From: Auanema rhodensis
Taxonomy: Eukaryota > Animalia > Nematoda
Length of the DNA stretch: 64,000 bases
Assembly: GCA_964057225.1 (NCBI GenBank)
Contig: OZ059896.1
Coordinates: 7,502,001-7,566,000, forward strand
Direction of reading: 5' to 3'
Shown in pieces: positions 1-14,500 of this stretch. The notes under the pieces were generated by a model. It did not search any database and had not been told where the DNA came from. It was given only the letters and a program-made list of their open reading frames with translations. Position numbers and translations under genes: made by a program. Position 1 is the first letter of the stretch. Each line of letters begins with the position of its first letter.

Positions 1-1487
1 AACGTTTGGTACATCAACACCTTTTGCAGCCAAACAATCCAAAATCCCAAAAATCTCAATAATAACCTTCTTGAATTAGTCTGATAAGCTGGAGTTAATA
101 AGTTGAGAACAAGAAAATATGTATAAAAGTAAAAAGGAAAACCGAGATGAAGGGGGACGAGAGTGAGAGACGACGAGAATTGAATACGAACCGTGTGAAC
201 GACAGGTGGATCGTATGGAACAACATATCGCCAAAACAGGTAAAAATAATTTCAGCAGAATATTATTCTGAAAATGAATATAGAAGCGGAATAAATGTAC
301 GACAAAGGAAAAGCTGTTGCGACTGTTGGCCCCTCTGTTGATCTGAGAAAAATGTGAGAACAAGGTGGACAATATAGCCGAGAAAATGTTTGTTTTTTTT
401 TGTAGAAAAGAAAAAAGAAAAAATATAATAATGAAAAAAAAAGAATAATTCCAAGAAAAAATAATGAATAGAAATAATAAATAAAAAAAATATAAATTAT
501 AATATTTTTTCTGTTGAAAAAATAAATAAATAAAGACTTGATGGTCAACAAAATGTTCGAGATTTTAAGTTTATAAGAATATCAATTTAAATTATTTTTA
601 ATAAAATAAAAAGGTTAAAACTAAAAAAAAAATTAATTATAACATTAATACTATTCCTACTATGGAATAATTTTAATTTGGCGTAATATTTTCAAATAAA
701 AATGTTTGAATTGTGACGTAATGATTGATATAGAAAGTAAAGATAATTAAAATAGTAATAACGTAGAAAGAAAGTTCAAAATAGATTGGCGGACTGGCTT
801 TTTTGATCATGTCACTTCGCTAAGACTAGCGAGTAGATGTTCCAAAAAGTTTTCCATGAGGTTCGATAACCTGTACAGATTAGAGAAGAACGGGTCGACT
901 AGCCGTTGGATTTCACTAGCGTTTGTCTGTGATCTCTGAGTTTAACCGTCTATTTTCGTACAAAAAGGCCGGGGGGCAATACAGGTTATGGCTAAAGACT
1001 AAAGAGAGGTGGAGATCTGTCCGGTTGTTGGCGGGCTGACTGGGCTGGAAAGGGGGGGGGGGTGTAGGGGCAAACTGACTGGATGACTCTTTGCGAGGAA
1101 TGGATGAAGGTGATGACGACGGTCAGTTTGGCTGACGGAATGGTGATGGAAATGTGACATTGGAGAGAATTAGAGAAAAACAGAAAAATACAAATGCTTA
1201 GCAAGAGAATTGAAGAAGAAAAAGATTCAGATGGAAAGCCTTGATGAAACCATGAACGTGAAGAAGAAGCGTAGTAGATGCGAGAAGATGAATCGGTCAG
1301 AAGCCGGCTAATTGCAAAAGTGGTAGAAAGGGGGGGGGGGGTGAGAGAAAACAGAAAACTGGATGTCTATGTTAGGATACGAGAATAGTCTTGGGGGCAT
1401 TTTAGAAATTGGGAATCTTTCTTGCGAAAGAAATCTGAAGATATAATCATAATCATCGTACGTTGTTGCACATTTACATTAAAAAAG

Positions 1488-1538
1488 TAGAGAGAGGAAA
1501 GAGAGAGTGAGAAAGAGAGGGAGAAAGAGAGGGAGAAA

Positions 1539-1588
<50 letters not shown>

Positions 1589-1590
1589 AG
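1488..1590 (+). repeat. Compound (GA)n / GAGGGAGAAA purine-rich microsatellite
   Basis: Directly visible; produces the spurious SLSLSL ORF at 1474-1656. Confidence 0.95.
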
Positions 1591-3019
1591 GTAAATTTGA
1601 GAAAAATTGAGTGATTGAGTGTTAAAGGAGGGAATATAATGATAGAGGTAGAACACGACGTAGATGGACTTCTTTTAAGGTTCTATTAAAAGTGAAAAAT
1701 ATTTTTGAGCAAATTCTTTGTTTAGATACTGCCAGCTTCCAAATCAGAGAGCAAGTTAAGTTTCCGGATGAAGCTCTTTGCTACCAAAATGAAGAAAGGC
1801 GTATGCTAATACGGAAAAGCTGAAGAGGTTGAATTAGACAATACGAATTCGCAGGATGAAGACAAGGAAAACGCGATAGATGATCTGTAATCGAATTAGA
1901 CAGTCAGAGTTCTTTTGAAAATCACAAGCATAGAGATTCTGATGCCAAATACGGAAATTCGTCAGCTAGAAGAACTTCGAAGCATCATATCCCTTTTCCG
2001 AGATTGGAAGGAAGTAGGGTAGAATAAGAAAGAAGAACAGATATGGAAAATGAACAAGAGAAATGAAGAGAGAGAGAGAAAGACGTATATAGATAGATAT
2101 ATACATATATCAGTACGACAAACGACATCGAGAAGATGACAAGCTTCATGCATGCCCGACCATCGCTTCGGATGCTAATCAAGGGGCATACCATGAGCCT
2201 GATTCGTGGGTACGGCGTTAAGTCGACCAGATGTCAACGTGATTACGCTGATGACAAAGAGAAAACGAAAGAAACGGCATCTAATGATTACTTTCACAAG
2301 AAAAGTTTGTATGAAACAAAAATCATTGAAATACGATTGTCAGCTGAGAGATGAAGATCACCACAACACTTTTGGATGAAAAATAAAAAATTCGAAACAG
2401 TAAACAGCTGTAACTTGACTTATATCAAGACTTTGATTAGCCGACAAAGAAAATAATAAAAAGAATAAAAATTATAGAAGAGCACCTTGGATATAACTGA
2501 AATTCTGAAGAGAGAGGGAGAAAGAGGGAGAGAGAGAAGATGAAGAAATCAAAGAAAATGCCGATATGAATTATGAACTTTGAAATAATGTGAATAAGAA
2601 AATTAATAAAAATAATTTAAGAAGATGACAGAGAATGTTTAAAATGAGAAACAAACTTCTTTTGAATTAAATAAATTTAATTTGAATGAAAAAATAAGTA
2701 ATTTCGGGAAAACTGTACGGAAATGTATCGAAATAGAAGAAAATATCGACAGTTAAGATGATGAGAGACGTGAAGATTCAGAATACATATGAAAAAGAAA
2801 TATCAATTTTCGACTGAATGTATCATCACATAGCTTGCACATAAGAAAAGATACAAAAAGGGGGCAGGACCACTGAAGAGGCGGAGCCGAAGTGGAGCTC
2901 TGCTAGTGGCCAAGGGCCACGGTCGGGAGCGACGAATTCCCTCAGGCTATGGTGGAAATAGGGAGGAAAGAAGAAGAGAAGGGGAGGGCTGAAGCTGTTC
3001 GTGCTTTTCAGCCAACAAA

Positions 3020-3037
3020 ACCGATTGGGCGTGGCGA
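3020..3037 (-). promoter_or_regulatory. CCAAT box abutting an Sp/KLF GC box in a GC-enriched island
   Basis: Plus strand ACCGATTGGGCGTGGCG reads as CCAAT next to GCCACGCCC on the minus strand, inside a locally GC-rich stretch (2860-3050). Motif match only. Confidence 0.3.
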
Positions 3038-4757
3038 TTATGTCCAACTTGAGCTTCAAAGGGAAAATAGAAAAAAATTGGAGGGTAGAATGGAATACTG
3101 AAGAGAGAAAGAGAGAAATGAAAAGATGTCAACGAACTATAGACGGACAGGTCGATGATCGTGCTATTGAAACGTGTATGATACAAAACGTTTGAACGCC
3201 ATAGTCGAATTTCAGATGTTTACTTGCCCTTAGAACCGATGAGATGTAGAGATTATACAAGAAATAGAGATGAAGCAGACAGAGAAGAATGATAAACCTG
3301 AAGAAAATTAAACAGATAATACTAGGAGTTTCATTCTTTGACAGCATATACAGCTTTTGGTCGATACATGGACATCGTCATTAATGTTGCCTGAGGTTAT
3401 GAGGATGTAGCGAGTGCAGACAAAGTATCAAATGAGGTCAGACGAGGAAAACCAGTTGCATACTATGACTGGACCGGAGAAGGGGCAACCGGCTTCAGGT
3501 ATTTAGTTAGCAACCAACGAGAAAGGAAAGAGAAATCAAATGAAGAGAATGAGAGAACTATGTAAAGTTTCATGATCGGCATCGAATAAACCGGCTTAGG
3601 CCGCTTGTTCGGTTAATTTTTTGAACTTTTACGGGGGCCATCATAGAACCTTTGACCAGTTGCTGGACAAACGGATAAGAAATCTAAAACGAGAGTGAGA
3701 CAGCGACAACTAGGAATGATGATGACGACGAATACAAACGACATTAGAACGACGACGACGGATATATAAAATGGATATAGAAAAGAAATTACAAGAAATT
3801 ATGTGAGACATATAGAGAAGAGCGAAAGGGTGCAAGATGAACAACAGGCAAGTTCAAACTGGGGAAAGACAAATCTTTGCCTAGCAGTCAAGATACCCGG
3901 AACAGAGCGAAAGATGAGACGAGAGGAAAAGTTTACAGTTCTTGACGAATGAAGCCGTAAACTTTTTGAAAAACAGTTAACGAGAAGAAAAAAAATATAT
4001 GTATACTTCATAAAATTTGTTCTTCATTTCTTCTTTTCTTAAAAAACCAAAATCAACATCTTTTTCAATAAATGAAGTTATGAACATAGTTCTAATTCTA
4101 AGCTTTTTAATAGAATTTTCTAAGAAATTTTCAAAAAATGCTCATAGTTAGGCTGCATATTAGTTTTCTGTATTAGTTGTTATTACAGCTGAAATGGACC
4201 TTTCTTCTAAATGATCAACCAGGCTTGCAAAATATGTTGAAAACAGAATAAATCTTCTTCATCTTCATTGGTTTAGAGATAGAAGATGTAGAAAGGGGTG
4301 AACAAGAACAAGCCCCTGCGGCCAAGTTGAAACGAACAGTTTCCATAAGCGCAAAGCTTGATCAACGTCATCGTCATCTTGCAGGCCACTGTATAGCAGT
4401 GTGAAGAAGGGTTATTACAATTCTCATCAAGTATCTATTAGAAAAGGAGTAATATGTATATGGAGGAATGTTAGAACTAGAGTTGATAGAGAGGGAGATA
4501 GAAATACAGAGAACGAAGCAATTATTCAGCAGTCTGCATATGAACAATTCAAACCCCCACATAGTCGTTTCAGCTTTTGACCGTCGCTCGGGGTCGGCTT
4601 GTAACTGGTCGTCATCATCTTCGGCTACATCTTTTAGACGAATTGAATACTACAGCTTAACGACAGTTACTTACAACATAAATGGTAAAAAACTGGCTAC
4701 TCGAATACAGAAAGATCAACTTGTATATATGGTTCATCTTTGAATGACTTGAAAACT

Positions 4758-4758
<1 letters not shown>

Positions 4759-4795
<37 letters not shown>

Positions 4796-4810
4796 TAGAG
4801 AGAGAGAGAG
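4759..4810 (+). repeat. (GA)n microsatellite
   Basis: Directly visible, slightly interrupted. Confidence 0.95.
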
Positions 4811-4982
4811 ATGGACAGAATGAATAGGAAAAGCAGTGAAGAATAGAAATGATACATGTAGATCGGTGAAAAACTGACCATGTAAAGCGATAAATACAGC
4901 TTGTAAGCTACAGCGCTATACGAATGCGGTAGTGATAAGCGCTATTCGTTCATGAAATACACACCATATGCTAATGCCGGTA

Positions 4983-5002
4983 ACGTGGCCAATTTGACGT
5001 CA
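4983..5002. promoter_or_regulatory. Composite ACGTGG / CCAAT / full CRE (TGACGTCA) motif
   Basis: The sequence ACGTGGCCAATTTGACGTCA has a perfect CRE palindrome at 4995-5002. Motif match only. Confidence 0.3.
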
Positions 5003-5362
5003 TTTTAATCAGAAATGCAGCTAAATCGGTTGTTTTACTATTTTAATAATAATAATAATAATTTTAATCATTAATTCAATATAAAAGATAGGATTCATGT
5101 TAATTTGCTTGAATAGGTATTTGATGATTTAACAAGCACATGGTTCAAAGCATCAAACTAAGCAATATTCTGATATACTATTTCATATATTATACTATTA
5201 TTATATAGTTTATATGTTGTATTATGTCTTTTTTCAATTTCGTACTATTCTGCTATTGCTGCTTTTCTATAAAAGTAAATGAGATAGATAGAGAGTGAAG
5301 CAGCTATCATAATATTATTATAAGTAAAGAGTGAATGAAGCAAAAGAGAACGAAAGAGAAAA

Positions 5363-5395
<33 letters not shown>

Positions 5396-6148
5396 ATGAA
5401 GAAAGGAAAAGAGATTATGCTACTACTTTTACTATCATAGCTTCTGATGGTCATCGCACCGACATGAGCTTTGTCTATTGCTTATTCAGCCTGTATTATT
5501 TGTTTGTATAAGCATAGATATGTGCATGAGCTTCGTGTTCCTTCTATCCATACCCCTATTCCGTCCTCTCTTACGATGTAATTTCACATTTTCACTCATT
5601 TCAATTATCGTTATCCCAAAATAATCATCTGAATCTATTGCTGTATATTTCTATTTCTTTTCTCTCTAAACTACTGATTGACAGTCCAGCATTCGATCAA
5701 ATGAACTAAAAATAGCCCTCAGGGCATGTGATGTTTGTTTAGTGTGCAGTCCAACATAGCCACTCCTTTTTCGGTTCGTTCAGCCTGCTATGATTCCTTT
5801 GAATCACATTTCCCCCCATAAAAGTTTTGGCTTGAAAGTAAACTATATACAGGGAGAAAGAAATAGAATTATGTGAACGTTCAAAAGAGAAAACTAGGAA
5901 GAAAAGGAAGAAAAGGAGAAGTTTTAGAAAAAGCTTATTGAATCATTGTTCCAAATTATAATGATTAAATAGTTAAATAGTAGATTATATTGTATTTTAT
6001 GAATGAGCTTTATAAAGCTCAAAATTTTCAGATTGTGGATGAATGATTAACAAGGATTTTCTAAAAATTTCAAAATAAATATAAAACTGGAAATAAAATC
6101 ACGACATATATACATATAGTCTATAAGACTTGAAAGTAATTAACGAAA

Positions 6149-6150
6149 GA

Positions 6151-6197
<47 letters not shown>
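6149..6197 (+). repeat. (GA)n microsatellite
   Basis: Directly visible. Confidence 0.95.
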
Positions 6198-6202
<5 letters not shown>

Positions 6203-9200
6203 GAATAAGTTATATGTTAACTAGATGTTATAGAAAAGGAATATAAAATAAAAAAAAAGATATATAAAGATCTACATCTTGTCTAATAGAAAGACGGAAA
6301 ATAGATGAGTAAGATAGTATGTATTACGATAGTTCCGTAAATCATTAATATTATAAAACAAGAAAATATTGAAAATAATAATAAAATAGTAAAGTCTTAT
6401 ATCAATTATATAAAAATATATATAAATTTCTATAAACTTGTATATAAAATTTAAAAAATTATAATATTTATATGGATAGATAGATAGAAATGTTTATGAA
6501 ATGAAAGTTTTTCAAGTTATAAAGGTATTAAATGAGGAATTCGTTCAAAAATTATTTTAAAACAAAATATAAAAATAATAATTTTTATATTTTATATAGT
6601 ATATACATAGCATATATAATATAATTGAAAAAAATCATAATGAATGTTGATGATGATGATGATGATCATGGCTATTGTGTTGTTGGATAACTCTTTCGGC
6701 CAATACTCAATAAAGCTCTTGGTGAGAGTAGGCTAGAGGGTAGTTGTTGCCATATTTAGAGATAAAACAGGTTCTATGCTATAACATGCTGCTAAATGAT
6801 GAGGGGGGGGGGGGGAGGAGAGAAAAGGCAGTTGTTGCGGATGATGGTTGCTACGAGTTTCTCGACTAAACTTCATAGTAGTAGTTCTGATAATAGCGTT
6901 TCAAAGATAGACTTGTATTGAAAAAGAAGGAAAAGAAATAGAGAAAAAAGGTTATGGCTACTTCGGGTTATAACTGTCGTAGGCAACGGCTAGTACCAAG
7001 CATCACTGTTCGGTAACTAGCTTCTGGACATGTAACTGGTCTGTTACGCTCTTCTCTTCCTTTCAAACGATTAGAGAAAGAAAGAGAGTAGTGAGAGATA
7101 AGAGGTATGTGAATGAGATAGTAAAGAGGTGAGCAGAAATGAAAAGAGTTCTGAATGCCTTGAGGGATTGGCTACTCATAGCTGACTATGCGCACAGGCA
7201 AAGGTTGACTAAGTTAAATTGTAAAGAAACGTTAAATTCTAAAACGGAAAGTTAAAAGAAAAAACGAACTAGAAGAGGCAGTTATGTATATTTCAGTATA
7301 GTATATCTATTTTTTAGAAAAAGGTTTAAAAATTGGAAAAACAAACAAAGAAAAGGTAGAGTAAGAGGACCTTCTGTTATGCTTGAAACGAGAAAAGTTT
7401 GGAAAAATGAGAGAAATAAAAAGAAATAGAAAGATAGAGAGAGAGAAACAGAGAAGTAGAGAGTAATAGAAATGAGAGAAGAGTTTAGTTATGAGAGGAA
7501 TAATAGAGTTCAGTATTGGATTATCATCTGTAATATCAGATCATCAACAATTCAAATTGTATATGATGAAGTCCAGTTGTGACCATTTGCACTCGGAATG
7601 AAGTTGAAGAAGATAGAAACGAACATACATTCACATACATATATATATATAATATACAATATACAATAAATATAATATATATATTTATATATATATATAT
7701 AGTTAAAGTGATCTAAAAGTTTGAAATCGAAATATTCTGAATTATTGAGACAAAAAAAAGACAAAAAGAAGAAAAATATGAAACTTTGTTATATCTATAT
7801 ATCACATAGTTTTAATTCATTTTACAGATGATTAAGCTTTATCTATCTTTAACTTTATAAGATTCCTCAGTTCAATTGCAAAGATTGAATTGCGCTTAGT
7901 CAAGCAAACTTAAAGCTTATAAATTTTAAGCTCCTCTTTAGAAAAGATTTCTAATTAATTATAAAATCAATAAATATAAATAAAGTAAATAATTATAATA
8001 TTTCTTTTAAAAAAATATTATATGTGATAATAATTTCCGGAAGAATCTATTCTTTCATACGAGAAGAATAGTTTCTGACCTTTCTAAGAGCTACGGCACC
8101 ATTATGTTCGAACAGCCTGGACCGATTGCCGATGATGATTCAGAGGTCGTCGAAGAATTTTCGTTTCTTCACTCTTGTCGTCGTGACAAACGGTTGGGAG
8201 ATGGTGAATAACATGATATATATATATATAAGAATGAATATATATATATATAAATATATGTATATATAGAGAGAGAAATACATAAAATAAGTGAAAAAGT
8301 TCATTAAATATCAGCATTACCTTGTTCTCCCCTGCCACCCAACCCCATTTGAACAATGTTATGACATTTAAAATCTTTAAAAATGATCTCATTTAATCTA
8401 TAATATGAAAGTATATTTACTTATTTCAATCTCAAAGTTCTGCATAAAACATGACTTTCATTGCCCCCTGAGATTATTTGATAATATGCATTCTGCTATT
8501 ATAAAACATTAGATTTCACTCTTCCTAACTTATCCATTTTCTATTTTTTTCTTTTCTTTTTAACAAAACAAAATAAGAAAAAGGCTCAAAACTACAACAA
8601 AGTTCCTATTTTTGCTTTCAAGAACCGAGCATTTGCTACGATACTAAGACATCTTCTAGCTGAATCAGCATTGCGACTCCCTTGTTCGGATGTGATGAGT
8701 GGAGGTACAAAGACGTCAGCAAGTGAAAAATGTATAGAAAAGGTCAATATATAAAATAAAATTTTATAAAAAGTTATTCTGTACTTTTCTATACTAATTC
8801 TTATTTATATTTTAAACAATTTAATAAGCTTTTTTTTCTAAAAAAAAAGGTTCAAATCTTTCTTTTCAATGTCTTTCATATTTATAAATAGAATTTTTTT
8901 TGTTGAATAAGAAGAAGAAGAAGCCAACTTTTTTATTTTATATTTCTATCATATCTTCTTTATTCTTTGTATATTGCCTAAGGCTATCTTTGAGCAAATA
9001 CAGACCTTTATATAGATAATTCCGAGAAAACCGTATAGTTGTTGGAGAGTCATCGTCTATTCATGTGGTCAAATCAGCATTGGTGACCAAATACAGACTG
9101 TATTTGACATGAAAACGTGATATAAATAGGTAAATGCATGGTTTTCTTTGCAAATAATTTACAAAAAATATTTTGAATATTAGAAAATAAATATCATTTT

Positions 9201-9736
9201 CATTAAATTATAAAATAATATTATCAATTTTTAAAGAAATTATGGATATAATAACATAAGTTTTGATTGTATCCTTGTTTTCTAACAGTAACATTGAAAG
9301 AAAACTGTATATATTTTCTCTAAATACTATTGAAATCAGAGTTTGCAGGAATACTTCTATGAAAAGCGACACGTTACGAATGAATAGAGTTCTATTTCGA
9401 AAATAGCAATAAGAATCTATTTCAGCTAACTGTTGAACGACGTCATCTGAATAACTATTAGAAGTCGTTGTCAAATGGCTAAGTATTCGATGACAAAGAA
9501 GTATGACTGATAAGGCTAGATGACTACATAAATATAAAATTCTACTACTGAGTTTGGTAGCAGGGATGTTGATGATGAAACGATGATTGTAAATTTCAAT
9601 CATTTTTACTTTTCAAGTTATTCTTTTAACGAAAAGTTGGAATAGTCCGTGAATGGGATAGAGAAACAGATTGTTAGAGAGAGGATAGAGAGAAAGAGAG
9701 AGGAAGAATATGAAATGGGAAAGGGCAGGGGTTGAA

Positions 9737-9745
9737 AGAGAGAGA

Positions 9746-9809
<64 letters not shown>

Positions 9810-9828
9810 AAGAGAGAGAGAGAGAGAG
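9737..9828 (+). repeat. Long (GA)n microsatellite
   Basis: Directly visible, about 90 nt with minor interruptions. Confidence 0.95.
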
Positions 9829-11540
9829 AATAGAGAAAGGCGTCATTACTTTGTAAAGTTTTTTCCGATCGTTTTCACATGTAAAAGTATGGAAATTTCA
9901 TATAACATAAATTATAATTTAAAAATAATAATAAGATATACATATATAGATAGTTAAATAATAATTGAGAACTTATATACAGCAAGTCAAGATGTTTAAA
10001 CAAAAAAAAATGTTTTTGTTTAGCTCCAACAAACTAAGTTGATGAAGTTTTATATGAAAATGTGATTATAATAATGAATTTTATAGAAGATCATCTTGTG
10101 ATTATTTATATATGGAAATAAGAATTTGAATATTGAACATTTGCAAAACTTGTGGATGTTTGACTTTCATCTATGATGCGTAATGCTGCTGCTTGATGCT
10201 GCTGCTGATGCTGCTACTGCTGTATGGTTTAATGGTCTTAATCTGTCATCAGTATTGGTCAGAGTTAAGGACATACACATATATGTAGATAGAAGTATAT
10301 ATTCAGAAATTATAAATCAGTGCAGATGTCAGATAGGCGTGAGTGCTTATTACAAGACTGATAACAACTTGAGCAACTTGAAAAGCAGCATGTTACCATG
10401 CTTTATTAGTTTTAATTCTATAGTGCACATTAAAGAGTAATGAATTATGTATTTTATAAATATTATAGATATCATTAACAAAAATCTATCAATTAAAAGT
10501 GTTATTGAAAAACAACGATTTTCAAATATAATAAAGGATATGTATGTATTTAAATAAAAAAAAATATATATATATATAATATTTACTATATATATATAGT
10601 TTATAAATAGTTTATAAACAAAGTTTATATTTAAAGATTTCGTTTATATCATATCTTAATAATTAGTTTGAAAGTGACACGTCAAAATCGTGAGAATTTT
10701 ACCTTCGACATAACGCTTAATGTCATATATCAGCTGAAGTTCTTTAAATTTAATAAAATCATATTATCATATAACATATATACTCAGATATATATATGTA
10801 TATCTTGTTAAATATAACAATTAAATTAAATTAATAAATATTTTTTATGAAACGAAAAAAGAAAGAAAGAGAAGTATAGTTTAGATATATGATGATATGC
10901 ATATAATAATCAATTTAACATATTTCATTGAAAAAAAAAGTTAAACTAGCTTAGAATACTATATATTATAAATTTTCCCTTATCTTTCCTGATAAACAGG
11001 TATATGGATGAATAGCTAAAAGCTTAACCGTAATAGGCTCTCACCAGGTTAGATCAAGAGATAAGCTCGCGATAACAAAACGCGTATCCAATACTTACAA
11101 TGAATGAAATATGAATATAAAAATATTATAACTATACATATATTTTTTTTGATTTTCAAAGCAAATGAAGTACTAACTATATGATTATAAGCATATATAA
11201 CCTGAAAAAAAAGAGAAATTCTATTATTATATTCAGTTAACAAGCTAATATGTATGTATAGTCTTTGACATTGTAGGCGGAAAATCATACATACATGTAC
11301 ATATCTGCAAGCTTTTGAGAAGAGAACTCAAGCGTGATTTTCTAAATCTTGGGTTAATTAGTGAACCGAGTAATTATCACATGTGATAATTAATAATATG
11401 CTTTCATTGATTATATATGATATTATATTGATATTTTTTATATATTATATACTATGTGTATCTATATCTTTTATTATTTTATATTTTTTTAAATTGATGT
11501 AGTATAGTTCAGTATTTTCAAAAGTCAAATGAATGAAGAG

Positions 11541-11542
<2 letters not shown>

Positions 11543-11592
<50 letters not shown>
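11543..11592 (+). repeat. (GA)n microsatellite
   Basis: Directly visible perfect run. Confidence 0.95.
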
Positions 11593-11594
<2 letters not shown>

Positions 11595-14500
11595 GTATGA
11601 AAAAGGAAATTTGAAAAATTATTACTTAAGTACTAAAGCTGCATATAAATTCAACTATGTATATGTTTTTAACATGATTTCTATATCTTCAGTTGCTTTT
11701 AGAAGATGACTCTTATCCGTTCTCTTGGACTCGGCAGGCTTGTTTTTATCTTTTTTTTTCCTTTGACCACCCTCGCCTAGTTTTTCAAATGACATTTGCA
11801 CACTAGTTGTCTTGAGAAATAAAGGTGAAAGGAACAGATTGAAAGTAGGAGAGAGGTAGAGAGAAAAGATGAAGAACAGACTAGGAAAGACAAGGAAAAG
11901 ATGGAATGAGAATGAAGGAAGAAGATATATGAGAAAAATATTTTGGGCAAATACAAGAAGCTTCAGCGGGTCCTAGTTACCTTGATGTATGAGAGAACAG
12001 CAAATGACTTGGTGTCAGCTGATAAGACCACCTGAAAGTGGCTGGTCACTTCATAGACTACATCTCTTCCACACATTAAGCTACAGCAATCGTTCGGAAA
12101 TTTTCTTGATTTTTCAACTGATGAATGTGAATTGTAGATGAGCCTTGTCGGTCATACGTATACACATTTCAGTCGCACATTAGCTTTTCTTCTATTTTGT
12201 AAACAAATAATCAGTTATTCTTGATTGGAATGATAGGACAGGGAAAGAGAGAAGTGATACTGAAAGAAATCATTGGATCACATGAAGAAGAGAAGAGGAA
12301 ATCACTATCAAAACTAATAAAACTATACAATTTTCATCGTAACTTTTCCATCTTTTTTTTTCTCAATTTTTTCATATTTTTTACTTCATATTTTTCTTTC
12401 TCTCTCTCGCTCTTCTCCCTCTTTCTCTCTCTCTCTCTCTTTGTCTCTCAAATTACAAGCATTTTTCCCTTACTCACTCAGTCTATCCTACTACATGTCT
12501 ATCTTGTTTCATCTTCATATACACTTTCTATATTTTATCTATCAATTTAAGAATATATATTTGAAGAGCAGAATATTTTCTTCAAAAAAAACTGGAAGAA
12601 CAAAAGATTCAGCGGAAAACATGTCACCTCATCTATCTCTCCAAAATAGGATACTGTAATTGACGGAAGAAGCATGAAGATAGAGTTAGCGAAGAAAATT
12701 AGCAAAACAAGAACAATCTGAACCAAAAAAAAAAGAAGAAGAAGAAGAAAACTGAGGGAACAAATTATGAGAATATTAGTATTCAAGTTATTCTATATAC
12801 CTATATACAATGATTTTTGTATATAAAAATATACGAAGACATTATAAATCAGTTGAAAAACATGAAACGGATATAGTGTCATGAAATGATCTGTCAAATA
12901 TGCTTTTAGAAAGAGTATGTTAGGTCTCCTATATATAAGCACCTCATCATTATTGAATCTATGATTCTATAGGAAGTCGTAACAGGTGAAATGACTGCCT
13001 GTCTGAATGACTCAATTGGCCGTTTGACCGTCAGAACAACTTATGGTAAAGTTTAAGCTTGTTCAAGTTGCTAGGTAAAAGGTTGGCATACATTACACAC
13101 ACACACATTCATTACTTACTAATATTTTATAAAATAAGATAGGCTGGTTTAGGAATATTTAACAAAACTTAAAAGAACAATAGGAAATATGAAGAAAACT
13201 ACATAAAAGTAAACTTTAAATGAGAAAAAAGTTGGAAGCAGAAGTATAATAGCTTCAGGCTACTGCTTCAGAATGCAACAGTCGATCAGATATAAAGCTT
13301 ACAATGCTGTAGGTCGTGATTCAGTAGTCCTTCGTCCAGCTGTGGGTAACATATGCAACATGCAGAAGCCGTTGTGTACAACGAGGTTGAAAGATTGCGA
13401 AAGAGAGAGAGAGAGAATGAGAAGGGAAAACTAGATAGAGAATTAGTAGTGAGGGTATGAAAGGCAAGAAAGGTGATTATTAGAGAAAGAGAAAAGAGAA
13501 AGAGATTCGAACACAGATTCAAGGAGAAAGAGTAAGATAGAGGAAAATACTCTTCTTGCTTGAGTTGTATAGAATGTCCAGTGATATACTTCTTCATATC
13601 ATTCACAAGTCAAGAAGAAAAGAGAAGACATCAGTGCTTATATTCTACTTACTCTGTTGGTCAGTTAGTTAAAGAATGTGTAGAATAAAGAGAAGAAAGA
13701 TAGATTACGACATCGAATATTTACTGGAAAATATTGAGAAAAGTAATGAGAATAAAGAGAATGAAAAGTGAGGAAGAAGAAAGAAGATAGAAATAGGTAA
13801 CTCCAGACAATTCGGCTGGAAGTTGAGCAAAGTGTGTATGATGTGTTCAGATATTGGCCATTGAGATATCAAACGATTGATAGAGAGTGTAAGAGAGACA
13901 GAAAAATGATTCAGAAGATATTACAGCTCAACGGGTCAGATGGAAACACGCTAGTTACTAGTTGCTTTTTCTCTCTTCCAAATCTCTCTCTTTCTACTTC
14001 CATTCTCTTATATCACAGACTTTCAAAACACTACAGTTATCTCTTAGCTTCTATCTCGGAATTCTTTCCCATCCTCTATAGATTAGATTAATTGGCATGA
14101 CACTTATTAGGTAGTTATAGAGATATATACCATGTTTCCAAATAGTAAAATATGTTCGAAATTTAGCTATAGATTTGTAAGAAGTTGTTTGTACAACCCA
14201 GAGTTTAAGAAAGTAAGAAGTCGTTGAAGTAAAATGATTACATGGCATGAAAGTTATAAGTTGTTGAAACTAATAGAAAAAGAAAGAAAGCCATAAAGAG
14301 TTGATGAAAAGATAAAGAGACATAAATACAAATCATATAGTTAGGAGTATTAAATAAAATGAAAGAAGAAGTGTAGAAAATAGTTGAAATAGGAAAATAA
14401 TGATTAATCAAACAACCTTTGTGATACAGTGAACTGATATCACACATAAAAACAAACAAATAACTAATAAATAAAATGAAAAAAACAAACTTCAGAACAA

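Noticed and set aside
880-940. Minus-strand AGAGATCACAGACAAACGCTAGT, resembling bantam/miR-81
   Set aside because: Only fragmentary pairing with the flanks; no convincing pre-miRNA.
1474-12550. Many 60-130 aa ORFs rich in SLSLSL, YIYIY or FFL
   Set aside because: Translations of (GA)n/(TA)n microsatellites and stop-poor pyrimidine strands.
13823-13845. TTGAGCAAAGT..., resembling the miR-87 family seed
   Set aside because: No star arm; the nearby hairpin is too short and does not include it.
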